Notes: generated by a model from the letters alone, not told the origin. Positions 19,295 through 29,262 are shown, numbered from the stretch's first letter. The stretch: 64,000 bases of DNA from Spirochaetia bacterium (GCA_963666985.2 CAXXIA010000002.1:1280001-1344000), one strand, 5' to 3'. Translations and numbers: made by a program.

Positions 19295-19356
19295 ACGCTC
19301 ATCATAATCACTTCGGGTACGTTAATCCCGAGTCCAAAACGCCGGACGTATCTTTA

Positions 19357-20670
19357 TCAGTACGAATACCGGGCCCCGGCGGTGAACGCGATACCGTTGA
19401 ATTCGGAATCGGCCCAAAGGTACTCCGGATCGTCCGAAGGCCGCCCGGCGTAATACGGCCAATCGCCGCTTCGCTCCCGGGCGAAAAGAGATTCCTTCCC
19501 TCCGGCGTTCGCCACAACGGCGCCGATCAGCGTAAAGCCCTGAAACACGTCCCAGCTGAAGAGGGCCGTTATTTGAGCCGACGCATCCACGGGAGAAATC
19601 ACGGACATCAGGCCGAGCGACCAGGCCGAACGGATATTCATCGTTATTTCCGGATAAAGGAGAATCCCATAGCTTCCGGCCTCTCCGTCCAAATAATCCT
19701 GATAATCGGCCGCTCGCCAGGTTCCCCACGGCAGCAGGAGGGCTTCGAAGCGAAAAGACAGCGTGGAATCGTATCCCACGGCCGTCTGATGAAAGGCTCC
19801 CAGACTTAAGGCGAGGGTTTTGCGAACCTCATTCCAGCCGTCGCGGGAGAATCCCGCATCCGCGTCGTAACCCGCGGCAAGCGAAGCCGCGCCGTACAGA
19901 TCCGCGCCCGCATGTCCGTGAAAAGAGAAATACACCCGATGTCCCAGAAGATCCGAGAGAACCTTGGCGTCGCCCTTGTAGAGATAGCCGCCTTCCAATC
20001 GCCATCCGGCGATTCGGGTAAAAGCCCGCACTCCCCCGGAGGTATGGCTTATGGTCTGAAGCCCCGCTTCGTACGCTGAAGAATCGTAGAGCAGACCCGG
20101 CGGCAGAATCACGGCTTCAAGGTAACTGAAATCTCCCAGGGGAATGTTGGCCGCAAGAAGAAAGGCCGTATCGTCCCGCACGGAGGACCGAGTAAAATCA
20201 ACATTCGGGCTTGTGGAACCGAAAAGAATGTCTCCGGAATTAAAGATGAATCCGTTGCCCCAGGCCACCTTGGTTTTCCCGGCGGTAAGCCGCCAGGAAG
20301 GAAAATTGGCCTTAAACCAGAGCCGCTTCAAACTCACCGCCGATATCGATACGGAGGAATCGCCGCCGCTCAAATCCACGGGCTGGAACTCCAAGGCCGC
20401 CTCGGCGCGGATATTCGCGTTCCCGGACGACGCGAAGCGAAGATCGGCAAGGCCGGTGCCGGCGAAGTACCAATCCGATCTTCCCCTATAGGCCGCCGCG
20501 TAAATCTCCATGTTCGAACGAACTTCCGTGTCGCTCCATCCCGGAAGGGGAATCAGCAAATACACACTGAAAACGAAACAGGGAAACAGGCGCAACGCCG
20601 CTTTGTTCCAGCCATGCGGGCGGCGGCCGCGGTTAAAAAAGGGTGATGCTCCCGCGATCTTCTTTTCCAT
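19357..20670 (-). CDS. Putative outer-membrane beta-barrel protein
   Basis: Signal-like N-terminus, LKRLWF...LTAGKTKVAWGNG, amphipathic strands, C-terminal FTAGARYSY beta-signal-like end. Confidence 0.65.
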   Translation of the reverse strand: MEKKIAGASPFFNRGRRPHGWNKAALRLFPCFVFSVYLLIPLPGWSDTEVRSNMEIYAAAYRGRSDWYFAGTGLADLRFASSGNANIRAEAALEFQPVDLSGGDSSVSISAVSLKRLWFKANFPSWRLTAGKTKVAWGNGFIFNSGDILFGSTSPNVDFTRSSVRDDTAFLLAANIPLGDFSYLEAVILPPGLLYDSSAYEAGLQTISHTSGGVRAFTRIAGWRLEGGYLYKGDAKVLSDLLGHRVYFSFHGHAGADLYGAASLAAGYDADAGFSRDGWNEVRKTLALSLGAFHQTAVGYDSTLSFRFEALLLPWGTWRAADYQDYLDGEAGSYGILLYPEITMNIRSAWSLGLMSVISPVDASAQITALFSWDVFQGFTLIGAVVANAGGKESLFARERSGDWPYYAGRPSDDPEYLWADSEFNGIAFTAGARYSY

Positions 20671-21401
20671 CAGTAGAGCGACCGAAGCGTAAACAAATTT
20701 TCATCCAGTACGGGGTCCATTTCAACATTCACAACACGCATCGCCGTACTCGAACCCCTCCGCAGCTCATCTTTCATCACCATCCCGGCCAAAAGAATAC
20801 GGCCGTCGTCAAACCTCATCACGTCGGTTACATCGACGGTTTTTAAAAGCCGATCCGAACGGGCGTAGTATTCGGCCTCTTTAAGGTGGTAATCCTTCTT
20901 GCCAACCTTCACGATCTGCTTCGGATAGGCCACATCACGGCTTATCGCGATCATCTCGATAACCCAGCACTCCTCGCTGCCGAGTTTCTCGCTGCCGATG
21001 ATTTCCACATCGTACTTATCCAGCGTATCCGATCCATCGGTAAGATCTTCATAGGATATGTCGCCGAACAAAGACTGCTTCAGCGCCGAACCGTGCATGG
21101 GGATGATATCCTCGGCATCGGGGTAGAACAGGTAAAGCTCATCATCCACCCGAAGGACTTTCTGTCCCCGCTCTTCAACATTCGTGAATTCAATCAGAAA
21201 ATCCCGACTTCCCCGCGACCAGGATTTATAAGTACTCCGTTTTTCTCCGAAACGGTCCGTGGTAACCATTTCCCCCTCGACATACAGAGTATCGAATCGC
21301 TGCATGTCGTCCACTTTTTGGATAATCTCCTCAGCCGTCTGGGCGAAGACCGTTGCGGCCGCCGCCAGGCAGATCGTAACCATAATCCATTTCCTCATCA
21401 T
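20670..21401 (-). CDS. Outer-membrane lipoprotein-sorting protein (LolA-like)
   Basis: Signal peptide; ERGQKVLR, LYLFYP, SLFGDISYEDL, YPKQIV and LFTLRSL motifs. Confidence 0.85.
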   Translation of the reverse strand: MMRKWIMVTICLAAAATVFAQTAEEIIQKVDDMQRFDTLYVEGEMVTTDRFGEKRSTYKSWSRGSRDFLIEFTNVEERGQKVLRVDDELYLFYPDAEDIIPMHGSALKQSLFGDISYEDLTDGSDTLDKYDVEIIGSEKLGSEECWVIEMIAISRDVAYPKQIVKVGKKDYHLKEAEYYARSDRLLKTVDVTDVMRFDDGRILLAGMVMKDELRRGSSTAMRVVNVEMDPVLDENLFTLRSLY

Positions 21402-21606
21402 AAAATCCTACCTTTGGCCCCGAAAACTTAAAAAGCCGGCACCCGGTCCGCCGAGCTTTTCCGCCGCGCCTTTGCATGCCGCGCATGCCGGTCTCGTGCG
21501 TTCGATCCCGCCGGTTCGCGTCTGCGGGACGCGCCCGGAGGCGGTACGGCCGCAGTCCGAAGGCCCCCGGCCGGGACATCGGCCGGCGCGCTCTTCCCGC
21601 CTTAAT

Positions 21607-22848
21607 TCAAACATGACGCAGCGCTTCCACCGGCGTTACCCTCGCCGCGCGGCGGGAAGGCCACCAGGTTGCCAGAGCCGTAACAACAAGCGAGTAGAAA
21701 AACACCACCACTGTTGATTTGAAGTTGAGAATCGGATAAATCACGCTTCCGAATCCCATGGAATCCATTCCTTCCATCGCTTTGGTAAATCCCGTAAATC
21801 CCGCCGCCGCGAAATAAGCGGTCAAAGCGATTCCCGCCGCGATGCCCGCCAGGGCCCCGGCGATACTGATGAAGAGAGCTTCGAAAAAGAAGAGCCGCTC
21901 CAGCTGCCGTCCGGTCATGCCCATGGCTCCCAGCGTACCGATTTCGTTCATCCTCTCGAAAATCACCATGATGGTGGTATTGATAATCACCGTACTGGCC
22001 AGGAAGAAAAAAATGATGCCGATAACATCGTAGATGCCCGCGGCCAAATCCATTATGGCGGACATGCCGTTGATCTGTTTGTAATCCTTAACATTCAGCG
22101 GAACATCCGATTTCAGCTCTCCTTCCAGCCGGGCGGCAACGTTTTGGGGCGAATCAACATTCTTATCAACCTTGATGAGAATCTCCTGCACTTGGTCGGG
22201 AAGCCACAGCAGCTTCTGAACCGTGTCCAGCGGCACCTGCACCGTCATTTTTTCAATTCCGGAAACAGGCAGTTCAAGCAGACCCGTAACTTGATACGTT
22301 ACGGCCTTACTCCCTCTGGTTCCCGACTGAGAGAGGACGGTGAAGGATTCACCGATACCGATGCCGAGTTTCCGGGCCAGAGATCGGCCGATCAGAGCCT
22401 CGCGGGCCCCTTTCTCGGGCAGACGGCCTTCGGTAAGAGTCGTTTTATAATCCTGGTAGAAAGCTTCCCGATCGAAATCCACCCCAAGACCCAGCACGTT
22501 TACCTTCTCATCATTTTCCAGGGTAATGCGTCCGGGGAAATTGATCCGCGGGCTGATCGCCGTTACCGCGGGATCGGCCTCGATTTCCTCCACCAAATCC
22601 ATATAGCCGGGTATCGCCAGATGCATGGGATTCAGCCGTTCATACTTGTCGAATTCAGCATTCCGAATCCGAACGGCTCCGGTGATATAGGTCCAGAGAT
22701 TGTTTTCCATATCATTGAGCATTCCGGCCAAAAAACTGAAAAGGAATACCATGGCGAAACCTGCGACGGCGATGGCCGTACCCGAAAGCAGACTGCGGCG
22801 TTTATTTCTGGTGATGTTCCGCAAGGCAATTTTATAAAGTTTCATCAC
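21607..22848 (-). CDS. FtsX/LolE-like ABC transporter permease
   Basis: ALRNITRNKRRS, FERMNEIGTLGAMG and PSRRAARVTPVEALR motifs. Confidence 0.9.
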   Translation of the reverse strand: MMKLYKIALRNITRNKRRSLLSGTAIAVAGFAMVFLFSFLAGMLNDMENNLWTYITGAVRIRNAEFDKYERLNPMHLAIPGYMDLVEEIEADPAVTAISPRINFPGRITLENDEKVNVLGLGVDFDREAFYQDYKTTLTEGRLPEKGAREALIGRSLARKLGIGIGESFTVLSQSGTRGSKAVTYQVTGLLELPVSGIEKMTVQVPLDTVQKLLWLPDQVQEILIKVDKNVDSPQNVAARLEGELKSDVPLNVKDYKQINGMSAIMDLAAGIYDVIGIIFFFLASTVIINTTIMVIFERMNEIGTLGAMGMTGRQLERLFFFEALFISIAGALAGIAAGIALTAYFAAAGFTGFTKAMEGMDSMGFGSVIYPILNFKSTVVVFFYSLVVTALATWWPSRRAARVTPVEALRHV

Positions 22849-22857
22849 AAAACCTCC

Positions 22858-24105
22858 TTACTGGAACCGGAGGCTGGCGGGTATATCCAGTCTCAAAACG
22901 CGATGCGTGGAAAACAGCGCCACGAAAACGGCGAGTCCCACTCCCAAAAGGAACGCGGTCAAAATACTTTGAACATCCCAAACACCGTACATCTGCCCCT
23001 GAATCCTGTAGCCGAAACTCGATTCCCGAAGCAGGAAGGAGTAATCAATTCCATATTTTGCCAGAGGCCAGTTGACCAAAGCTCCCAGTCCGACGCCGAT
23101 AAAACCGCCGAGCAGACCGATTCCCGCGGACTCCCAAAGGAACATCGCCCAAATCTGGATGTCCTTCATTCCCAGGGCGCGCATCATCCCGAGTTCCCGC
23201 ACCCGCTCATAAACGGCCATCAGCATCGTATTGGAAATCCCCACTCCAGCGATAATAAGAATCAGCATGATAATCATTCCGGTTCCCCCGGACTTCGCCT
23301 CGGAAATCGCGATGAAATCCGCTCCGAGAATCTCCCAGTTCAGCGCTTCCAGTCCCAACTTTTCGATTTGGGGAACCAGTCGGTCGAAGGCCGCATCGGC
23401 CCTCTTATCCCGACCGAAATTAACATTCACCTCGGTGACCGCGCCGTTCATTTCCAGAAATTCATCGGCCACCGACAGCGGCAGATACATCCCCGAACGG
23501 GTAACTTCCGGATTCGGACAATTGATAATCCCGACGATTTCCAAATCGAAAAGCTGCGGAAATCCGTCGATGGTTTCGGTTTCCACCAATACGGTCGATC
23601 CCACTTCCGCTCCGATATCCTCGGCGAGCCAATGGCCGATAACCAGTCCGTAATCGCCCTCTTTCAGCCATCGCCCTTCCACAATCCCGTCGGGCAGATT
23701 GAACACCTCACCGTCGGAAACCGGATCCACGGCGGTGAAAAAACCGGGCAAATCCCCGTCTTCGGGAAACGGATCTTTGTAGAAAATCAAATCCCCGGCA
23801 AAGCTAATCCTCGGCGCGAAGGCCGCGCCGGAGTCTTTCAGAACTTCCTGAACTGATGAGGGATTAAAAGACTTCTCCAGAGGCGCGTTCTCCCTCTCGT
23901 CCCAATAGCCGGGAACCATGATACGGCCCGAAGCGGTTTCATAAAGCCGAAGATTGATTTCCGACTCGGTATCGATTCCGATAAGCAGCGACCGGATAAC
24001 GATGAACATCATCAATCCGAAGGAAATGGCGCTCGCCGTAATGAGGGTTCGCTTTTTATAGCGGGCGAGATTCTTGAAAGCCATTCTCGGCAGATAGGTC
24101 ATCAC
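22858..24105 (-). CDS. FtsX/LolC-like ABC transporter permease
   Basis: AFKNLARYKKRT and NTMLMAVYERVRELGMMRALG motifs. Confidence 0.9.
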   Translation of the reverse strand: MMTYLPRMAFKNLARYKKRTLITASAISFGLMMFIVIRSLLIGIDTESEINLRLYETASGRIMVPGYWDERENAPLEKSFNPSSVQEVLKDSGAAFAPRISFAGDLIFYKDPFPEDGDLPGFFTAVDPVSDGEVFNLPDGIVEGRWLKEGDYGLVIGHWLAEDIGAEVGSTVLVETETIDGFPQLFDLEIVGIINCPNPEVTRSGMYLPLSVADEFLEMNGAVTEVNVNFGRDKRADAAFDRLVPQIEKLGLEALNWEILGADFIAISEAKSGGTGMIIMLILIIAGVGISNTMLMAVYERVRELGMMRALGMKDIQIWAMFLWESAGIGLLGGFIGVGLGALVNWPLAKYGIDYSFLLRESSFGYRIQGQMYGVWDVQSILTAFLLGVGLAVFVALFSTHRVLRLDIPASLRFQ

Positions 24106-24106
24106 G

Positions 24107-24784
24107 CTACCTCCGCTCGTCGCTCTGAATCTCGCCGTCGTGCAGCATCACCAGCCGGGAAGCATAATCCATAACCATCGAATCGTGCGTGGAGAAAACG
24201 AACGTACAGCCGTAGCGGTCGTTCATCTCTTTCATCAAATCCAGAACTTCCTTTCCGGTGCCCGAATCAAGATTCGCGGTGGGCTCGTCGGCCAGAACAA
24301 TCTGCGGATTTTTCACCAGAGCCCGGGCAATGGCCACACGCTGCTGCTGACCTCCGGAAAGTTTGGACGGTCGCCGATGCTCCATTCCTTCCAGCCCCAC
24401 TTCCTTAAGCATCTTCTCCGTCCGCTCCGCAACTTCCTTCTCGTCCACGCCCATAAGATTCAAACTAAACGCCACGTTTTCAAAAGCCGTGAGCACCGGA
24501 ATCAAGTTGTAGCTTTGGAAAACGAATCCCAGGTGATCCCGCCTGAAGGCGGCCTGACGGTTCCGGCTGTAATCCATCACCGATTCGCCGGAAATAACGA
24601 TTTCACCGGAATCCGCCGAATCGATGCAGCCGATAATGTTGAGCAGAGTCGTTTTCCCCGAACCCGACGGTCCGGCGATGGAAAGGAATTCCCCCTTCCC
24701 TATATCCAGGGACACGCCGCGAAGGGCCTTCACCTCCGTATCCCCGGCCGTGTACGTTTTGTACAAGCCCTTGATTGCGATCAT
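24107..24784 (-). CDS. ABC transporter ATP-binding protein (LolD/MacB type)
   Basis: GPSGSGKTT, LSGGQQQRVAIARAL and LADEPTANLD motifs. Confidence 0.95.
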   Translation of the reverse strand: MIAIKGLYKTYTAGDTEVKALRGVSLDIGKGEFLSIAGPSGSGKTTLLNIIGCIDSADSGEIVISGESVMDYSRNRQAAFRRDHLGFVFQSYNLIPVLTAFENVAFSLNLMGVDEKEVAERTEKMLKEVGLEGMEHRRPSKLSGGQQQRVAIARALVKNPQIVLADEPTANLDSGTGKEVLDLMKEMNDRYGCTFVFSTHDSMVMDYASRLVMLHDGEIQSDERR

Positions 24785-26010
24785 CTTTCCTCCTCCCCCG
24801 GAGCACGCTCGGAATGCGGGCCGGACCGTTCGGATTCGGCGGCACCTTCCATGCCCGAAGGCATTTCCCTTTCGGCCGCGCCGCCTCCGGCGGCCTTCTT
24901 CACGGCTTCCGGCAGCACGTCCGGAACCGCTCCCGCCGCGGCCCCGTAGGATGCCGCACCGAACACCGGTCCCAGATTCATCGTTTCCAGCGCGGAGGAC
25001 GGCACCAGAACCAAACCGCCCTTATTCCGCATGCTCTCGTAAATCATGCTCATGGCCCGCAGACGAAGCGCCGTTGGATCGCCGCGGTACAGATTCGCCG
25101 CTTCGGCATATTTACTCGAAACGGCAACCTCGGCCTCTCCGAGAATCTCCCGGGATTTCTTTTCCCTTTCGGCCTGCGCCACTCGGCTTAAAGCATCCTC
25201 AAGCTCTTCGGGAACCAGGATTTCCTTGAATTCCACCGAAATAAGGGTGATGCCCCAGGGATTGGTCTTCTCATCAAGAATTCGCTGTAAATCCTCGCCG
25301 AGACGCTCCCGCTCGCAAAGCAGCGTTGTAAGAGTATTGCTCCCGATACAGGACCGCAGCGCGGTCTGGGCGCTTAAGGTAACCGCCTGCTGAAAATCCT
25401 GCACCTCAAGAACGGCTTTCATGGGGTCCCAGATCATCCAGAACGCCAATGCGTCAACATGAACCGGAACCGTATCGAGAGTCAGACTCTTCTCAGCGGA
25501 AAAATCGGACACACGGATTCGCGTATCGACATAACCGGCGACCGAATCGACCAAGGGTAAAAGGAAGATAATCCCGGGACCTCTCACGCGATGGAATTTT
25601 CCCAGCCTTAAGAGAACCGCCTTATCCCATTGATTAATCACCTCGAAACCGGGCGCGATCAGCAGTCCCGGAGTAATAACGGCCGCGAACAGAAAGAAAT
25701 TTCCCTCCAGCACCACCGGCGGAACGGCCCAGAGACACGCTATGGCGACGACAACCGTGGGCCAAAAGGGAAGAAACGCAATCACGGCCGCCGCTCCAAA
25801 AACCCCTCCGGCCAAATAGGCGATCGTTTTCGAATCCAGAAATCCCGATGATAACGCCTGCGCCGCAAGTCCCATCACCAGGAAAAGAACCAGGAACAGA
25901 GCGGAAACGGTATTAAACCGAAAATGTCCGCGATTTCGAACCATGGGCGGTTGATCATCGACAGCCCTCTCGCTCCGCGTCCAAGTTCGGGGCCCCGTAA
26001 TTTTCAACAT
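24781..26010 (-). CDS. SPFH/band-7 (slipin, stomatin-like) protein with an extra N-terminal membrane domain
   Basis: QWDKAVLLRLGK, AQTALR..IG, TNPWGI and AQAEREK motifs; SD AAGGAGG before ATG 26010. Confidence 0.9.
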   Translation of the reverse strand: MLKITGPRTWTRSERAVDDQPPMVRNRGHFRFNTVSALFLVLFLVMGLAAQALSSGFLDSKTIAYLAGGVFGAAAVIAFLPFWPTVVVAIACLWAVPPVVLEGNFFLFAAVITPGLLIAPGFEVINQWDKAVLLRLGKFHRVRGPGIIFLLPLVDSVAGYVDTRIRVSDFSAEKSLTLDTVPVHVDALAFWMIWDPMKAVLEVQDFQQAVTLSAQTALRSCIGSNTLTTLLCERERLGEDLQRILDEKTNPWGITLISVEFKEILVPEELEDALSRVAQAEREKKSREILGEAEVAVSSKYAEAANLYRGDPTALRLRAMSMIYESMRNKGGLVLVPSSALETMNLGPVFGAASYGAAAGAVPDVLPEAVKKAAGGGAAEREMPSGMEGAAESERSGPHSERAPGEEER

Positions 26011-26414
26011 CACATTTCCTCCTTGAGGACCTTCAGATGTTCGATAACTTCGTCGATGACGAATCCGTACGATGAAGTATTGGCGATAAAGGAACGAACA
26101 AGCGAACGCAGAATATCCGAACGTTCTTCCTCGGTAAGTTCGATTTTCTTGTCGCTGATAAAGGTTCCGGTTCCCTGCTGAGTGTTCACGATTCCCCGAA
26201 TTTCCATCTCGTTATAAGCTCGAGCGACCGTATTCGGATTGATCTGTAAATCCACCGCGAGACTCCTTACCGTCGGCAGTTTCGATCCGCTTCGAACGCG
26301 TCCGTCGGCAACGGCCATTTCAACCTGCTTGATTATCTGCCTGTAGTACGGCACTCCGCTTGATTGATCGAGAAGGAATTCCAATTCATTCGCTGTTTTC
26401 TCCGCCGCCACCAT
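26010..26414 (-). CDS. GntR family transcriptional regulator, YtrA subfamily
   Basis: 134 aa; PYYRQI, LPTVRSLA.DLQINPNTVARAY and GTGTFI motifs. Confidence 0.95.
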   Translation of the reverse strand: MVAAEKTANELEFLLDQSSGVPYYRQIIKQVEMAVADGRVRSGSKLPTVRSLAVDLQINPNTVARAYNEMEIRGIVNTQQGTGTFISDKKIELTEEERSDILRSLVRSFIANTSSYGFVIDEVIEHLKVLKEEM

Positions 26415-26432
26415 TTCAACCTTTCTTCTTCA

Positions 26433-26454
26433 TTGTACTAATTTATTAGTACAA
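26433..26454. promoter_or_regulatory. YtrA-type operator TTGTACTAA-N4-TTAGTACAA
   Basis: Perfect 9-bp inverted repeat just downstream of the promoter -10; fits the TGTAnTA...TAnTACA pattern of YtrA operators. Confidence 0.8.
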
Positions 26455-26458
26455 CATT

Positions 26459-26486
26459 ATTATAGTACTTTGTTTCAATAGATCAA
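26459..26486 (-). promoter_or_regulatory. Sigma70 promoter TTGATC-16-TATAAT of the GntR operon
   Basis: Read from sequence. Confidence 0.65.
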
Positions 26487-26543
26487 GCGTAAACCGAATA
26501 TTTTCATTTCTCTTTTCCGCCGTCTTTCTCCGCGAGGAGCGCC

Positions 26544-28256
26544 TTGAGTTCACGGAATCCCCTGCCGATGATGAAAAAGAGAATAGGAATGCCGATGCTG
26601 ATACCAATTTTAAATCCGGAAAGCCGCTTCAAAGTCGTCTGGGAAGTGTACATCCTCTTTATGACCGTCGCGATTACGATACTGGCCCCTTTGATGGTCG
26701 TATTTGATATAGCGCTCTCACCCGCTTTATGGACCTTCGATATCATCGTTACGCTCACCTTTGCCGTTGATATCGTTATTCAGTTTCATACGGGTTTCCT
26801 GGTGCGTCAGGAACTGGTGACCGACAGAAAAGCCATTGCCCGCCGCTATATCAAAGGATGGTTTTTCCTGGATTTGATTGCGACGCTGCCGTTCACTTGG
26901 ATTTTTTCCTCAAGCCGCTTCGCGGCTTTGAACCGCATCTTCCGCTTTTTCAGACTGGCACGGCTCTTTAAGCTGTTCAGCAGTTCAAAAACCCTGAACC
27001 GGGCCACCAAGCTGAATTTCATAAATCCCGCTTTTCTGCGCCTTGTCATGCTGGTTTTCTGGATTCTCGTAGCGGCTCACCTTATCGCCTGCGGATGGAT
27101 TTTCATCGGCGGAGCCGGGCATTTCTCCGCCGATACGGAGGTTTCCAACGGAGAAATTTACCTGGAAGCTTTCTACTGGACAATCACCACGCTGACCACG
27201 ATCGGTTACGGCGACATCACTCCCGAGGAACCCGTGCAGTATGTTTATGTCATCATCATCATGCTGACCGGAGCGGCCATTTACGGTTTCATCATCGGCA
27301 ACATCGCCAATATCATCGCCAATATCGACGTGGCGAAAAGCCAATTCCGTGAAAGAGTGGAAAACGTCGACACCTTCCTGAAATACAGGAACATCCCTTC
27401 GGAGCTTCAGAAACGCATCCATGATTATTACGACTACCTCTGGGAAAGCCGGCGCGGTTATGAAGAATCAAACCTGCTCCAGGATTTACCGCAATCTTTG
27501 AAAACTCAAGTATCGCTCTTTCTGAACCAGGATATCATTGAGAAAGTCCCCATCTTTAAGGATGCCTCCCGGGAATTCATACGGGACGTTATTTTGAACC
27601 TGAAACCCGTTATTTATACGCCTCAAGACGCCATCGTTACCTTCGGAGAAATCGGGTACGAAATGTACTTTATCAGCCGGGGTGAAGTCGACGTAACCAA
27701 CGAAGCGGGAACCGTAACCTATGCCACGCTCACATCCGGTCAATTTTTCGGAGAAATCGCCCTGCTCCTCAGCACACCGCGAACCGCGACCGTGAAGGCA
27801 CGGGTTTATTGCGATCTCTACGTCCTGGACAAGGATACATTCGACAACATCCTTCAGCGCTATCCCAAATTCGCCAAAACCGTGGAAGACTTGGCCGAAA
27901 CTCGAAGACAAGAACTCGGACTGGAAAAGAAAGAGGAAGACTATGTGGAAATCGTCGAAGACGGAACCATGGAACCTTCCGGTCCGGTTCCCGAAGCTCC
28001 GCAAACGCCGACATGTCAGATTCTGGAAGATCAGGTGGTAAGAATCAGCTGGCTTCCCGTACAGGGCGCCCAGAGCTACGAAATCATCCGCAGAAGTTCC
28101 GATGAAGAAAAATGGAAAAGACTGAGCGCGTCGCTGCGAAACCCGGTTTATCTCGACCTCCACGCGCCGGCCGGAGAAATCGTCTACAGGATTCGAGCGA
28201 ACAACCGCCACGGAAGCGGCAAATGGAGTCCTTCTCTTTCATTGGAGAATCCGTAA
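26544..28256 (+). CDS. Cyclic-nucleotide-gated K+ channel (SthK-like) with a C-terminal fibronectin type III-like domain
   Basis: S4 RIFRFFRLARLFK, filter TTIGYGD, C-linker, CNBD FFGEIALL...PRTATV, then an FN3-like ISW...SYEI.R...YRIRA.N..G.G.WS. The start may be 26568, 26589 or 26595. Confidence 0.9.
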   Translation: MSSRNPLPMMKKRIGMPMLIPILNPESRFKVVWEVYILFMTVAITILAPLMVVFDIALSPALWTFDIIVTLTFAVDIVIQFHTGFLVRQELVTDRKAIARRYIKGWFFLDLIATLPFTWIFSSSRFAALNRIFRFFRLARLFKLFSSSKTLNRATKLNFINPAFLRLVMLVFWILVAAHLIACGWIFIGGAGHFSADTEVSNGEIYLEAFYWTITTLTTIGYGDITPEEPVQYVYVIIIMLTGAAIYGFIIGNIANIIANIDVAKSQFRERVENVDTFLKYRNIPSELQKRIHDYYDYLWESRRGYEESNLLQDLPQSLKTQVSLFLNQDIIEKVPIFKDASREFIRDVILNLKPVIYTPQDAIVTFGEIGYEMYFISRGEVDVTNEAGTVTYATLTSGQFFGEIALLLSTPRTATVKARVYCDLYVLDKDTFDNILQRYPKFAKTVEDLAETRRQELGLEKKEEDYVEIVEDGTMEPSGPVPEAPQTPTCQILEDQVVRISWLPVQGAQSYEIIRRSSDEEKWKRLSASLRNPVYLDLHAPAGEIVYRIRANNRHGSGKWSPSLSLENP

Positions 28257-28293
28257 AAGAACACCGTTTTGGCTGAAGTCGGGAGATTTCCAG

Positions 28294-29262
28294 TCAGGCT
28301 CTTCTTTTCGCAAGAATGCCGGCAATACGGGAAACGGCGGCGGAGAACGGACAATCCGGATCGGACACCGTTACGGGGACTTTGGAGAACATCGAATGCC
28401 TCACGGCCGGATCGTTCGGAACCGAACCCAGATGTCCGAGACGGAATCCCAGGCTCTTTTGCGATAAGGAAACCAAGTTGCGCCAAAATCCGGCTTCATT
28501 CTCATTTCTATAGTCGTTCAGGATTACTTCGAATCGCATGGCTTCCACGAGAGTTCGGGCTTTTCCGCCCGCTCCCGGGAATTGAACATCGAGAGCATCA
28601 AGCATCGCCAGATCCGCTCCCTCGCCTTGATTCCGCGCGTTATAGGCCCATTCCCCGATCATATCCCGTTCCGGAGTTTGAGACGGAAAAAGTCGGAAGA
28701 GCAGACGGTAATAGACATTCTTAAGAAAAGAATACGCATTCACCATGGCCGTTGGTTCCGGTGTTGTAACGATAATCCCGCTCCGGGAAGAAAGAAAGAA
28801 ATCAATCGTATTGTACGAAGAGCCCGCCCCGAGATCGATGAGCGTGATATCGGCCGGAAGCGCCGCGAGCTCTCCGAGAATCTTTTTCTTAAACCACCAG
28901 GGGATGTTGGCCGTACCGGGAAGAAGGGCGTCTCCGGCGATCAGGCTTAAACCGGGATATGATGTTTCAACAAGAAGTTCCTCCAATCGATTCACGCCCC
29001 GATGAGCATAACCGCCGATACCCATGCGGCTGTTCTTCATTCCCACCAGAGAATGAAGGTTGGAAGCTCCCAAATCAAGATCGGCCAAGACGACTTTCCG
29101 CCCCAAAGCGGCCAGCGCAACGCCGAGATTCGCCGTCAGGACCGTTTTACCGACACCGCCTTTCCCGCCGGCCACCGGCACAAGAACATTTCGGATGTTG
29201 TCGTTTTTCCCGGCAAGAACGGATTGGAGTTTCTCGGGCATTGATTCTGTCAGGGATATCAT
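28294..29262 (-). CDS. MinD/FlhG-like P-loop ATPase
   Basis: Deviant Walker A GGKGGVGKT; DLDLGASNLH, IDLGAG and TTPEPTA motifs. Confidence 0.85.
   Translation of the reverse strand: MISLTESMPEKLQSVLAGKNDNIRNVLVPVAGGKGGVGKTVLTANLGVALAALGRKVVLADLDLGASNLHSLVGMKNSRMGIGGYAHRGVNRLEELLVETSYPGLSLIAGDALLPGTANIPWWFKKKILGELAALPADITLIDLGAGSSYNTIDFFLSSRSGIIVTTPEPTAMVNAYSFLKNVYYRLLFRLFPSQTPERDMIGEWAYNARNQGEGADLAMLDALDVQFPGAGGKARTLVEAMRFEVILNDYRNENEAGFWRNLVSLSQKSLGFRLGHLGSVPNDPAVRHSMFSKVPVTVSDPDCPFSAAVSRIAGILAKRRA

Noticed and set aside
21402..21606. GC-rich intergenic region with small hairpins as an ncRNA or riboswitch
   Set aside because: No recognisable family motif; short stems are expected at this GC content.
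22144..23856. 570-aa plus-strand ORF
   Set aside because: Antisense shadow of two well-supported permease genes; no recognisable motifs.
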